Source: Hydrolagus colliei
Lineage: Eukaryota
Direction of reading: 5' to 3'
Assembly: GCA_035084275.1 (NCBI GenBank)
Contig: CM068745.1
Location: 57,040,001-57,104,000 of the forward strand
DNA: 64,000 nucleotides
The notes beneath the pieces are model-generated. The model was not told the origin of the DNA. It did not search any database and was given only the letters and a program-made list of their open reading frames with translations. A program made the position numbers and the translations under genes. Shown here in pieces: positions 25,961 through 39,339 of the stretch. Each line of letters opens with the position of its first letter. Within the stretch, counting starts at the first letter, position 1.

Positions 25961-28900
25961 TTACCTAAATAGAGCAAAGCTAGACCCAGATATTTTTCTT
26001 TCTCACAATTCTATTTAATTGCAGCTGCTATTGTACATGTTTCTCATTTGTATCTAGGCAATCTTCATTGTTTGTCTCTTTCTCATAAACAGTTCAAAGT
26101 AACAGAATTATATTTCATGTTTATATTTTGTTTTTCTATGGTCACTCATTTCATGGCTGTTTGTAGATTATTACTGTGCACAAATGTCTGCCACATTTGC
26201 CCAGAAAAAATCCAGTCTCTACACTTCAGAGGGAATCTTGTGAAGGATTTTGAGAGGTCTTCCTGATGTGAATAGCCTTACATCAAATAAAAATATTATT
26301 ATTTTTGTACTTTTATCATACACTAGAAAGTATGAAGGAGGAACTACCAGAAACTGAAGGTCAGGAGGATCAATTGGTGGTAGTGAGTGGAACCAACTTT
26401 AGTGAATGAGTCTTCTGTCCTCCCCCACTTTATTTTTAACCTGTTTGTTTGTTGTCTCCAATTACTCAGTCTATCACTTTTTAGTCTTATTCTGTGTATC
26501 TCACATTCACTTGCTCTTTAGAGAAGATTCACCTCTCTTCCTTCTTTGACACTCAGTCAGTCCCATCTCCTACTATAGCATGTATCTTGTGTGTGACAAT
26601 CACTCTCTTTTCTGTCATTTAGGTCTTATTTGTCAGTGTCTTACTGATTCACATTTGTTTCCCTCACCCACTCGCTGCCTGCTGTATTCCCACTCACTCA
26701 TACACATGCCCTGCCCTGTTTTAGTGTTATTTGTGTGGGTGGTGCAAGGAGGGGGATGGTTGATGTGGCACTTCAGCTGCTATCTCTTTGTGCCTTTCCT
26801 TATTTCTGCAGCATATTGTCATTTACTTTGAATTAGAGCATTTTTGCAAGATATGATTTTTGATTTGTCCTTTTGAGCAATTATAATAGTCATCCTAGCA
26901 ATTAATTGATAAGCGCTTCTTTTGGTTGATAAGTGCTGCACACAATGTATTATTTACTGAATTGACTGTGTGTTCAATAGCGTACAGCAGTGTCCTACGG
27001 ATAGCCATGGATTGAGTGACCAATTTTTTTTTGGGTGGGGATTATTACTCCAGCAAAATAATCTGCCAATCGACGAACAACTGGTTTTCTACTTCCTGCT
27101 AGGTAAACTGAGGCATATGGAACAAGGAAATTTGCCTGACGTTTTGCCCCACCCAGGAATCAAATCCAGATCCTCTTGCTTGCAAGGCTAGTCGCACCAA
27201 CCCCCACTACTCAATGGGACGCCACAAATTAACCTCAATCGTGGCGGGCAAGCACATATGTGTGAAAGCGTAATATTATACTTATAGTATAAATGCAAAT
27301 GCAGGAGACATTGCCCTTATTTGTTAAAGTGGTGGATGGGTCGGGCGTGGGGCACTCATAGTGATACTTTAATATTATATTTTAATATTGTACCAATTTC
27401 AAAGCGGGAACTGTATAGACCTAACATAACCCGATTGTGGTACATGTCTTGTCGATTGATATTGGCCAGGAAGAGTGGTTGAGGTTATGAAATTTTACTT
27501 TCACATGTTGATTAAGTGTAATGTTGTATGTAATTTTTATGCATGTTATGTTATCGCAGTATTTTAAATGAAAGTGTAAAAAAACACTGGAAATTTGCAC
27601 AGAGACTCAAGTGCCAAGCCAGGACAGTGTCTGGGACACCCTTCTGATGTGAAAGGTGCTATACTAATGTAAATGTGTATTTTATAAACACCCATTAACC
27701 ATCTTGAAAATACAATTTAACAAAAAAATCTAATTATTATACACCATACAATGTAAAGCTTTTGTTTAGAACTGAAATATTAATAAAATATATATCTAAA
27801 TTACATTATTTTCCTTAACTTTTGTTAAGGAAAATAACGCAATTATTTTTTCATGATCATGAACTTGTTTATGAACTTGTTCATGATCATGAGCTTGCCC
27901 GTAAAATAAATTACCTTAAAATTGAGACTGAGTTGAAGAATTTCTTACAATTCTATGTGATCTTATATTTTAAGACAAAACGAGTTTACAAGATGGAAAT
28001 ACTGAATATGCCTTTAAATAGCCTCAACTAAAACTAAATTTTAGTTATAGTTCTTCTGTAAGAAACACTTGCAGAAAAGTACAAGTTGTAAATATCTTGT
28101 AGATCTCACATTTGTCTTGAAAATTGCTGAGATTGGGACGCCTTGGGACGTGAAAGGCGCTCTAAAAATGTAATTTTGTTGTTTGTTGTTGTTGTAACTT
28201 TTTTTTACTTTCTGTATAAATTGATTACTTCAACAATATAAAAACAAGGTGTCTTGGTAACCTGCTTTAGTACAACAACATAAAAGCAGCATTTCATATG
28301 TTTTTCCTTTTTGAACAAATGAAAAACATATATAAAGTAAAAGTTCTACAGAAATTCTTTGTTTTGTTATACTTGAAGGGGGCAAAGAATCCATTGCATT
28401 TGGATGGTGATGTTATTCTGTATCTTCACAGACTGCAGGTAGATAGGATTATCTAAAGCAAGATGATAATGAGGATTCTAACAGTCCAGTACTTCAAAGA
28501 ATAGCAATACTACCATCCCACACAACATTGAACAAGGAGAGGTCTTCATCTCTGTGCATTGACTGCACAAATTGTCAGTCTTTTTTCCTTGACATCACAT
28601 GGCTTCAATGGTAAATGATCCACTTCCCAATCAATTATTTTTTTGACTCGACTATTAAAATTGTACAAGGAAAATTTGGACAATATGATGCAATTTGCAG
28701 ATTGTACTATTCATATGTAAACACTCTCGGGAATTATGGATACCCTCAATTATGTCATTAATTAACGAAAAAATACAGAAAATCACCAATTAATGTACTA
28801 TAAAGAGAGAAGTAGACAAGGTGGATGACAAATGAAGGCAAAGCTGATATTTATATGTAAGATTTCACAAAGGTTATATTGACTTAATCATGAAAGCATT

Positions 28901-29384
28901 TCAAAATAATATTTTTAAAATTTCCAGTTACAACATTATATTTAATACTTTAAATCAAGTTTTCATTTATCTGAACATTCAGGCCAACAATTTGGCATTG
29001 TGTAAGGCAGTTAATAAGATTTTCTAGCTTTTTGACAAATTAAAGAACTGAGAACAAGAAAAAGGATTTCACTGTTCAACTAAAAGGAATTGGTGGTTCC
29101 ATCTCTTTCATTCATAAGTTAGTATTCACAAAAAAAGAATGCTTCAGTTTGGGATGTCATCCCAACTTGAAAGGTGCTTTCAAGGGTATAAACTTTCAAG
29201 TGTATCAACAAATAATGAATAACAAAGATCGAGGACATTTGATAATAATAATAACCCTTGAATTTGATACAGCGCTTTTCACGTCTTCTAAACGTTTCAA
29301 AGCACTTCACACAATATACTGTAAAGTGAATTGACTGTGTATCTTCTTTTCTTTGCATTATAATATGACTATTACACACACCCT

Positions 29385-29685
29385 GCTTGATGGACTCCAT
29401 CCCACAGTCCCTTTGCCTGTCTTCCTCCCTTGTCTACTTCAAGGCTAGTCTCAAGACGTTCCTTTTCGATCTTGCCTTCTGCCACCCTCCCACCTCTCTC
29501 CCTCCCCTCCCCGGCACCATTCCTCATTCTCAGGTCCCAACCCCTGACTGTTCAAAGTGCTCTGAGATGCCGTCCGGCGTGGAGGGCGCTATATAAATCA
29601 AAGTTGTTGTTGTTGTTGTTGTTGTCCTCCTTGGGATGTCCTACTGACATGAGAGGCAAACTATAAATGTAATTTTGTTGTTGAT
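29385..29685 (+). mobile_element. L2 3' fragment followed by a second L2-type 3' end
   Basis: FKASLKTFLFDLAF; two consecutive stem-loop + (GTT)n tails. Confidence 0.8.
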
Positions 29686-30739
29686 GCTTAATACATTTCA
29701 TGTCTATCAACAATTTTGATGATTCTATTTCCAAGGTCAGCACACTTTCTGTCCAAGCACTTTTGGTGATTTAGATTGTAGGTACAAATTAGATTTAAAT
29801 ATAGTATTTAAATTAGTTCAGTGAGGCTATGAAAGTGCTGCATTGAGGTCAGCCCTGAGTAGAAAATATAACACATTAATATAAATAGATGAGGAAAAAA
29901 CAACAGTAGTTTTGGTGAAAGTGAGAATGAACCTTTTGACAAATAAACACTTTTAGTTTGAATAAGTTTATGAGAACAAAAATCACAGGTAAACAAAAGA
30001 TAAAGTATTTGAGCCTGAAGAGCTGTGAACTAGAAAAAATCCCATGGCAAAAGAATCATGAATTTTGGAGAGAAGGCCAAGATATCAGTAGGTACTGTGA
30101 TAAGAAATCTGTATCAGTAGGATCCCATTTAATAGAAAGAGTGTGATTAGTTTGATGATGGGATAGATGTGTCTATTGACACATAGATAGACCAATGTTG
30201 TATTCCTATCTGATAGAGTTACTATGTAACTGATGATTATCCAGCAGGCATCTGCTAGTCTTTTGTTTCCCCAATGGGAATATTTCTCCCCATTTCCGTA
30301 GTGCAGAGCAAGAGGAGTAGGGGATGTCTGGTAAAAATACATTGGAGACTTCCCTCTTCCCAATTCTGAAAACTAAAATTTGGTTACCGTCGCTGTCTCC
30401 TCATTTTCTCTTTCTCCCAGCGAAGCTCACGCATAATATGGCTGCACTAAAATGGGGGAGAGACCACAAGTTATAATGCTGCCATAATCCCCCATAATTG
30501 TCCCCGGAGTGATCGCACCACCTACACCATTGTAGTTATATCATTGCCTCATTTTAGAAGTAAAGTGTTCAGACCAGGAAGTTACAGTTCCAATTTACAT
30601 TGACATTTCAATGTAAATTTCAAGTTGGGACAATACCTCAAACTCCTTCCCACCGCTGACCGGGAACCTGAGTTGGGGTAGGGAGAGGGAGGGTTAGCTA
30701 AGGATGGTGGTGGGGAAGGGCAGAAAAAAAGTTTATATT

Positions 30740-31210
30740 AATGCAGATGGGACCTCTGATTAGATGGCTCTACAAGGCAACAGCTTTATTAAAACAATGT
30801 ACATTACAATTTCAGCTTGGATTGTTTGGTCGGAACACACAACCTTTGACATAGTGACGAGAATGATATCAATTGAGCCAGACCTTAAAACACCGCATAT
30901 CAAATTCAGAATTCCATTTGCCTTTGTCCTGGCCTTTTCAACCTGCACTCCCACTTTTTAACAAACTATGTTTTTGTATCCCAAGATCATTCTGTTCCTC
31001 CATTCCAATGATAATTCTTCCATCCTAGGTATAATTCTGCTTCCTATTCTGTTCCTCAAAATGTATTACTTTACATCTTTCTTCATTGGCCTCTATTTTC
31101 CACAATTCTGCCCTCTCCATGAACATGTCAATATCTCCTGTAGCATCCTGCAAGCTTTGTCATTATTAACAATATCTCAAAATTTAGTAACAATTGCACA
31201 TTTAGCGATT
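30740..31210 (-). mobile_element. Degenerate CR1 RT C-terminal fragment
   Basis: QVEKARTKANGILNLI resembles CR1 'Q..A..KAN..LG.I'. Confidence 0.6.
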
Positions 31211-32231
31211 TTGAAGGCAGTGCCAATATTGGCTGTGGATTGCAGGAAACCAGATTTAAATACTGTTGATACAATTTACATTTATATTTATATAGCATCA
31301 TTCACATCAGGAGGATGTCTCAAATTGCATGCATACTGGTAGCTAGGAACCCGAGTGAGAGTACGGGAAGAAAAATGTGCAGTGACAGAGGTACATTTAG
31401 TGACATGCTTTGAAAGTCAAGAGGGAGGGAGTGAGTTGGAGGAACTCTTAAGATGGAGTTCTAGAGAGTGGTGATGACTGATGGTCATGTGGGTAGGGGA
31501 GGGGACGTGAAGCAGACTGTTGCCCACTGAGCAGAGCATTGATGTGCTCAAGTATGGATGTGATGAAGTTGTGGATGACGGTCCCAGTAGCCCAAGGGGA
31601 GATGTAGTGCTAGAGGCGAGCAATGTTTCTGAGATTGAAGGAAAGATAAGCAGGTAAGTTCTACATTTGTAAAGAGCTTTTCATGTCAGGAGCACATCCC
31701 AAGGCACTGAACAGTCAGGGGTCAGGACCCAAGCATCGGGGAGGGGAGGTACAGAGTTGGGATGAGAGAGGGCAGAGAGGTAAGCTGAAGGCACAGTCAA
31801 AAAGGAGGGTCATGAGTTGGGCCTTGAAGGAAGCAAGAGAGGGAGCAAGGTGAAGGGATTGTGCGATGGAGCTCCAGAGAGTGAGGACAGAGAGGCTGAA
31901 AGCCTGGCCGCCAATGGTAGGGTGGGTTGGGTGGGAGACATGGAGCAGACTAGAGCCAGCTAAATGGAGGGTTGATAGCGGGTCAGCAGATCAGAAGGGT
32001 ACGAGGAGCAAGGTCATGAGGGTCCTTGAGAGGGAAGACAAGGATCGTGAATTCTATCCTCTGATGGATGGGGAGCCAATGGAGCTGGGAAAGGATGGGG
32101 TTGATGGAGTCACAGGGCCTGGTGTGTGAAGGGACATGTGGAGGGAAGAGTTTGGAATGCTGACAAGGAAGAGTTTCTATAGTCGAGCTTGAGGTGACAA
32201 ATGTGTGTATGTGGGTTTTGGCCATCATCCA

Positions 32232-32652
32232 GGGGATCTAATTCAAGGTTCTGGTCCACACATTCAAAGCCCTCCACGACCTCACCCCACCCTACATCTG
32301 TGACTTCCTAACCCCTACCAACCTATTCATCCCCTCCACTCAGCAGGCTCTGGCCTGCTCCATGTTCCCTGATCCATCCGTCCCACCATTGGCAAATGAG
32401 CCTTCAGCCACTTTACCCCAACCTCTGGAACTCCAGCCCGCAGTCCCTCCACCTCACCCCCACCCTGGCCTCCTTCAAGTCCCGCCTCAAGACCCTCCTC
32501 TTCGACAGTCCCATTGGTCACCCCAAATCTCCCCATTTGCTTCCATCCTCCCCATTCCTGACCCCAGCTCGGGTCTGAAACAATGTCTGTCCAGCACCTT
32601 GGGCATCCTCCTGATGTGAAAGGTGCTATACAAGTGTAATTTTGTTGTTGTT
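32232..32652 (+). mobile_element. L2 3' fragment inserted in the opposite orientation
   Basis: LWNS..SLHL...FKSRLKTLLFD, stem-loop and (GTT)n tail. Confidence 0.85.
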
Positions 32653-33007
32653 GGCTTGTTGAGGGGTGAGGCAGTGGCAGAGTTAGGCAATAATGCAGGG
32701 TTGGTGGAAGGTAGTGCTGGTCATGGCATGGATATGGGGGAAGAAAGGATAGTTGAGGGTTGAACAAGACACCCAGATTTCTGACTGGCCTGTTGAGGTG
32801 GAGTGTGCATCCGTGAATGCTAATGCTGCCAAGGCCTGAGGTGCGGAGATGCTGGCGTGAGTGAAACAGGAGGGCCTCGGTCTTGTTTATGTTCCGCTGT
32901 ATAAAGTTGTCTCTTATCCAGGACGATGTCTGATAGGCAGTTTGTCAGGACGCCAGTTGTCCTGGAATCGAGTGTAGAGGCTGTGTAGAGGCAACAAGAT
33001 AGATTTG

Positions 33008-33618
33008 CTCTGTATGGAAGGTCAACCCTGATCTTCCAGTCTCCCTCCATTTCAACTTGCGCTCACATTCAGAGGCTGATCTTTCGATCCATGATCTCCT
33101 GCGCTGTTCCAGTGACCCACAGCGAAAGCTTGAGGAACAGCACCTCATCTATCTACTGGGGACACTACAGCCGTCTGGCCTCAACATTGATTTCAGCCAT
33201 TTTAGGCCATAGGAGATTCCCCCCCATCACAATCATAACTCCAGACACCGCTTGCCTCTCTGGTGCTTTGTTTATTCTATCACCACTAAATACCTCTTCT
33301 CCCCAGTTTTGTTTAAATCCACCCCCTTCTGTTTCTCCCCCTGAGGTCATTAACACATATTCAACCCATCAGTTAACACACTCTTTTTTTTTTACCTTTT
33401 CCTTTGTCTTCTTTGTCTCCTTTGTCTTCCATGTCCTGCCTTTTAACGTCCTTAAGAAACCTTTCCTTCCAAACAAGCCCCAGTTCTGACGAAGGGTTGT
33501 AGACCCGAAACATTGACTCTTTTTCCTTTCTCCATGGATGCTGCCCGACCTGCTGAATTTCCCCAGCAGCTTTTGTTTTTGTTTCAGATTCCCAGCATCT
33601 GTAGTATTTTATGTTTTG
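33008..33618 (+). mobile_element. 5'-truncated Penelope-like element: GIY-YIG endonuclease C-terminus, 3' region and hammerhead-like motif
   Basis: 33009-33212 reads SVWKVNPDLPVSLHFNLRSHSEADLSIHDLLRCSSDPQRKLEEQHLIYLLGTLQPSGLNIDFSHFRP*; 12-bp TSD aagatagatttg at 32996-33007 and 33619-33630. Confidence 0.9.
33481..33519 (+). ncRNA. Hammerhead-like motif in the Penelope 3' region
   Basis: cagtt CUGACGA A GGGU uguag ACCC GAAA C AUU gacu; the G before UU appears CpG-decayed to A. Confidence 0.6.
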
Positions 33619-33686
33619 AAGATAGATTTGGGTGTCATCCGTGTACATGTGGAAATTTACCCCATGTCTATGGATGAGGTTACCAA

Positions 33687-33746
33687 TGTTAGAAGATAAA
33701 CTGGGCCATGAATTGTAGGAACAATAACAAGAGTGGTTTATTAACA
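33687..33746 (-). mobile_element. 60-bp LTR remnant (Gypsy-like termini)
   Basis: TGTTA...TAACA ends, 4-bp TSD ccaa, AATAAA on the minus strand; removing it restores the L2 sequence. Confidence 0.6.
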
Positions 33747-36700
33747 CCAAGGGGGAGCATGTAGAGGTTGAAGAGGAGGGGACTGAGGTCAGAGCCCTAA
33801 GGAACATCACACAAGATGGTGCGGGAGCTGGAAGAAAAACCAATAGCAGAGACAAATTGAAGAGGGTGTGGGAGATAAGCCCTGAACCAGTCAAAGATAG
33901 AACCTTGAAGGTTGAGATGAGAGAAGAGGCGATGGAAGAGGATTGAGTGATCCACCATGTTGTAGGCAGCAGAGAGGTTGAGGAGCATGAGGAGGCAGGG
34001 GGAGCCCTTGTCACAGATGGACAGGATGTTGTTTGTGACCTTGACCAAAGCAGTTTGCTTGCTGTGAGCAGCACAGAAACTGGATTGGAAAGACTCATGA
34101 AGGGAGTAGGAGGAGAGGAAAAAGCAAAGCTGGGAAGCTGAAAAGATTGGAGACAGAGAGGTAAAGGTTGGGCATTATTTGAGGATGTGGAAGTCAACTC
34201 CACATCTGTGGATGTCCTTGAGTGGAAGCTGTAGACATTCAAAAGAAAAGGACTGAGGATGGAGCCTTGAGTAACCAGTATGTGACCATGTGGGGATGGG
34301 AAGAGAAGCTATTCAAAGAGACAAAGTGGAAACGCTGAGAAAGGTAAGAGGAGAGGTCATCTAAAATGATAGATTGGTCAAAGGCAACAGAAAGATCGAG
34401 GAGAATGAGGAGGCCGAGAGAACATCGGTCACAAGAGGAGAGAATGTTGTTCCCCTTGACTTTGATCAGGGATGTCTGTGTACTGCAGACTAGCATGAAT
34501 CTGATTGAAGGGGTTCATGCAGACAGTGATGGGAAATGAAGGGCAAAGCTGGGAAGCAATGTTTCATTCCTGTACCATGGAACTGAAAGGCAGGTTGGAG
34601 AGGGGTTAATAATTTGAGAATATGGAAGTATCGAGGGAAGGTTTTGAGGAGAGGAATGGTGACATGGTTCATGATATTTGCTCACAATGGCTGGCAAGGC
34701 AGTGAATCTAGGAGATCAGGAGAGGGATGGGGATGGGAGCACATGATAGGTTTCATGCTGGAAATGAGGGAAGTAAAGAATGAAGGTGAGACTGAGCCAA
34801 ACATGTGGAGGTAGAGGTAAGTGGAGGTCAGAAGAAAGGGAAAATGGCAGAGGCAGCAAAGTGGATCCTCTCATTTTTTAACCAGAGGAAATCAATTTGG
34901 ACATGGATGAATATTCTACAGTGTTTGCTTCATGTTTGCTTTCCGATGAGATAGGATGGTATGGGGGTGAAGTTTATCATGAGTTAGCATTTCTGTGGTT
35001 TGAAATGATGGGTTTGGTACAGCATAGGATAGTGACTATGGGCTTTCTCAAGCAGTACCTTCTAATGTCATTTTAGAGATTTGGAAAGGAGAAGGAATGT
35101 GTGAATGGTTATAGAAGAGGATGAGGGGCAGGAATATTATCTGTTATGGATTGTAATCACAATCTCAAAGATGGGAATGTTGTTAAATTCTTAGTGAAGG
35201 CAAAGTATGGAAAGAATAGCTCCATTAGGAAGTTGATAATAGTGAGGGACCATTTGTTTAGCAAAAAGTTACAAATCATTTTAAACAATGTTGACTGACA
35301 AATTATTATTCTTGTTGCTGCCGTGGTCTAAATATTTCCATTGGCAAAGAAGGCAAGTACGGAAGTCACCTTCACTGACACTGGCAGGTCATAATCACAG
35401 CAAGTGTGACGCTAGAAATTATCTTTCACTTGTCACACAAATCACACAGCATTTGCTTATTAAATGTAAATCTTTAAGCACAGCAGATGTCATCTTAATC
35501 AATAAAATGAAAGAATACAAAGTCTGTTGATCTGAAGGGGTGACTTTCCATTCTAAATCGAGTGCAACTCCATGAACTATTTTGAAACAAATTGGAAAAC
35601 AACATGAAAAATAGTAGCAACTTTGTTCTACTGAACATATTGCTTGAAGTCCACACTTCATTTACTGGTCACTGAATCACATTGACATCAGAAAAAAGTA
35701 CTAAAGGGGAATATGCCACATTCAAAGATGTTGCCCAATCTGTTAAGATAAATTAGTTTTGACTTTTTGACCTGGACTGACAACTCCCCCTAGTGGATTT
35801 CCTGGGGTCTCTGTCACATAATACTTTTAAATGTACCTGTATTCATTTTAACTCCACAAGTTGAACTTTGGCTTGAGTGACGTGACTTGAGGGGGGCTGT
35901 ATTGCCATTGAAAATGGTTTCTAAAACCATTTGTGTTCAGGGAGGCATTGGAGCCACATCGCATTTCCATCAAGGAACTATAGCAAATCACTCGGTGATG
36001 TGATTCGATAAACTTTATGATTTGTATCACTGTGCATACAGGTAAACATATTTTTCATTTTATCTGTAACTTTCCTGAAGTCAGTTAATGGGTATGGTGT
36101 ACGATTCAATGGGGATGGTGTACAATTCAATGGACACTGACAGTCATTGTTTAGGTATTAGCCCAGGCAGTGATTTCTCAGCAAAAGCACTGGGCCAAGT
36201 TGTATTTCCACAAATTATTCTTTTGGGCAGATTTGTCAATGAGTAAGTGTTCAGGAATAAAATACTGGCTAACTTTTCTATTCCCTTGCTTATGAAAACC
36301 ATTCAATTATAGTCTTGCTTTTCTACTTTGGAAAATAATCCTTACAAATTTTCATGAACTTGTTCATATCTGTCGAATACCCTAGGTAGGTGATAAATGC
36401 CCCATGTTGTTCCCAATTAGCTGGTTTTGATGGAGTTGTACTGCCCCAGATTTGTCACAAATTTATTGTTTTTAAATGAAAATTCACCAAGGAAGTCTGC
36501 TCATTAGATGTGTTCACACTTCACAGGACCATTCATTATGAAGACATTTATGTCTTTACTATGAAGGTCAATTTCAGGAATTCGTAGTTTGCGCACATGC
36601 AATCGCTCTTGGCTCCTGCCAATCACAGAGCCACAATCCAGGAGAGAACAGAAAAAATTAACATTCATAGCAAAACTATAATGGATGCCAATAGAAAGGA

Positions 36701-37070
36701 AACATTATAGCTGGCTGGAAATTTTAGCTATTACCTCTGTATTAATTTTTATGCTCATAAATGTAAGGCAGTATATTTCTAAAACAGTGCAATTTCTACG
36801 TTATTGGAACATTGATCTTATACATTGCCAAAAAGAACTAAAGTGCTCAATTTTGCAATTCCATGACTAAAATTCTAATTGCATTGAGTTCACTAGAATT
36901 GTAACATGAACTAGTTACTCACTGAAATGTGTTTTGGAATGAGAATTTCCCAAATTCCATAGATAAGACCCTTGGTTGATAAAGTTTTCATGCCATTGCA
37001 TTGAATGCTTGTTGTCAGTGATTTGCAAATATTTAGCTATTCAATATTTGGAATATTCTGTGCATTTTTG

Positions 37071-38215
37071 TCAAGGGCCCCAAGCACTATTCCAGGTGAG
37101 ACAACGATTTACATGTACCTCCACTAATTTAGTATACTAGGAGTGCTGTAACTCAGTGGTTAGAGCACTTGCCTTACAAGCGAGAGACCTGGGTTTGATT
37201 CCCTGTAGTGCCATACCTTGGGAAAGTTTCCTTACTTGACACGCCCCTGATGAAAAAAAAATTGGTTATTTCAACCCACAACTGTTTGTGGGACACTGCT
37301 GCGTGCAATTGGCTAATGCATTTCGCCCACATATATACAGTCAATTCACTTTACAGTACATTCTGTGAAGCGCTTTGAGACGTTTAGAATATGTGAAATG
37401 CGCGATATCAAATGCAAGGATTATTATTATTATACACTGCATTTTCTGCTCACAATATCCCCTCTACATCAGGGACACCAAACGCAGATTGGGTGGTCAC
37501 TTTGGCAAACACCTCCATTCCGTCCGCCAATGCAACCCTGAGTTTCCGGTAGCTTACCACTTTAATTCTACTTCTCACTCCCACTGTAAGCTCTCTGTCC
37601 ATGGCTTCCTACACTGTTTCAACAAAGCACAGAGGAAAATCAAGGAACAGCACCTGATTTATATCCTAGGCACCTTACATTGATTTGAATCACTTCAGAC
37701 CTTAAACACAGCTCCCATCTTTTCTCAACCTTGCCTGCCATCTCATCCTCTTCTATAACCATTCACACATCCGCTGGGTCTCAGATACAGCATTTCTTTC
37801 TGTAATCGCCCACTGTTGTGTTCTTTTATCTTGCAACATCAATACCTCTGATCTCATCATCTACTGTCCTCCATTTTTTTCCCCATAATGAAATTTCAGT
37901 CAATAACTACTTCACATCACGCTCCTTGTAAACTCAATACAATAAATTATTATTTCATTCCCCCTTCTCTGCTGTTCCTTTTAAACTGCTCACTTCAGCA
38001 TTCCCCAGTTCTGCCATAGGTAATTTACCTGAAAAGTTAACTAATTTTAATAATAATAATACTTGCATTTGCATCTTCCAAACGTCTCAAAGCGCTTCAC
38101 AGAATATACTGTAAAGTGAATTGTATATTTGTTTTCCTCTCTCCATAGATGCTACCTGACCTGCTGAGTGTTCACAGCAACCTCTGTGTTTAGCATCTGC
38201 AGTACTTTGCCCTTC
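37071..38215 (+). mobile_element. Penelope-like element remnant (GIY-YIG endonuclease) with nested SINEs
   Basis: KGPK..FQVRQRFTCTSTNLVY // CIFCSQYPLYIRDTKRRLGGHFGKHLHSV..PVAYHFNS..EQHLIYILGTL; decayed hammerhead at ~38006-38042; 3' hairpin region gatgctacctgacctgctg...agcatctgcagt. Confidence 0.85.
37139..37433 (+). mobile_element. Full-length tRNA-derived Deu-type SINE with L2 tail
   Basis: A box taactcagtggttag, B box gggtttgattccc, central ctgtttgtgggacactgctgcgtgcaattggct, (TTA)n tail. Confidence 0.9.
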
Positions 38216-38409
38216 GTTTTAGAAAATGATGCAATTTAAAAAAATACCTTATTTGAAAAGTTATTCTATTTTTCATTCAATTGCATATCATGATCCTGTT
38301 GATTGTTGCTCATGCCATTGTTTAATCTCTTTACCTAGACATTAACCATTTCCTGTTTACATATTGATACTGATCAGTTCAAATCTGTCTTCTTATGATA
38401 AAATTAGGA

Positions 38410-38760
38410 ATACAGTAATGTGAGAAAAATGTATTGATGGGGGACTTCAGTCAGCCCAACATAAACTGTGAATGCCCAAGTGGGAAGGACTCTGAGCTTG
38501 TCAATGTAGTGCATGACTGCTTTGTGACTCAGTGTGTCAGGGAGCCCACAAGGGGCAGTTCCTTCTTGACTTAGTTCCAGTCAATGACCCAAACACTATT
38601 CAGGGAGTGTGAGTAGTTGATCCACAAGGGGACAGTGACCACTGCTTTATAATATTGAGCCTGACTTGGGAAATGTCACAAAGACTCAAAAGCATTTTCA
38701 AAATAGCATGATGCTTTGATGGGTAAACATTAGGAAGGGTATTATGGATCGATGGGTTCA
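38410..38760 (+). mobile_element. CR1 apurinic-endonuclease domain remnant
   Basis: VLMGDFSQPNIN, CFVTQCVREPTRG, LDLV and GDSDH motifs. Confidence 0.75.
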
Positions 38761-39029
38761 AATGGACTGAGGGGACTTCTTTATCTGAACCAATCATGTG
38801 ACCTGTGATCTACACCATACCACACAATGGGTCACAGTGATTCTTTAATTGTATGACTAGTAGTAGATAACATGCAATACATTTGGCACATATGAGGTGT
38901 ATAATTCTGGATATATGTTTGGAAATGCATGGCTGTTTGATCTCTTTGATAATAGTGACAGCAAGTTTAAATGTATCAATAAAAAGAAGGCAAAGAGAGC
39001 TATTGACATAATATAATTCCTAGCTGCTT

Positions 39030-39215
39030 GGATGGGGTGGTCCTAGCTAGACAAGCAGGAGGAAAGCTTGCCGGACAGTTGTATCAATAGCAAACTGGTT
39101 TTAACTGTTCCCTAAAGCACATTTGGGATCCCCAAGCCCTGGCTTTTGCCAATCTGTACCGAATACTTTCCGGATTTAGGTAAGCAGGATGCACCCCTCC
39201 AGAGAGAGAGAAGGT
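39030..39215 (-). repeat. Old unclassified repeat, 5' part
   Basis: Reverse complement ctctctggaggggtgcatcctgcttacctaaatccgg matches 20373 and 60950. Confidence 0.65.
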
Positions 39216-39339
39216 GTGTATTATATTTCTAACAATCTAGCTCTGGGATTACTATGTGTAGGTGGGATGCATTCAAATCCCTTTGAAGGCCCTTAAAAGA
39301 GTTGTCGCTTCTCAACTTCACTGCTTCCTATCCTGCCAC

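Larger units (their letters stand above)
31660..34900 (-). mobile_element. Long L2 LINE remnant carrying three nested insertions
   Basis: [53 protein letters not shown]; interrupted at 32232, 33008 and 33687. Confidence 0.85.

Noticed and set aside
33373-34242. 289-aa ORF as a gene
   Set aside because: Chimeric read-through across L2, LTR remnant and Penelope sequence, mostly in off-frames
37139-37215. tRNA gene
   Set aside because: The A and B boxes run on into a SINE core and tail (same at 58780-58850), and there is no proper cloverleaf
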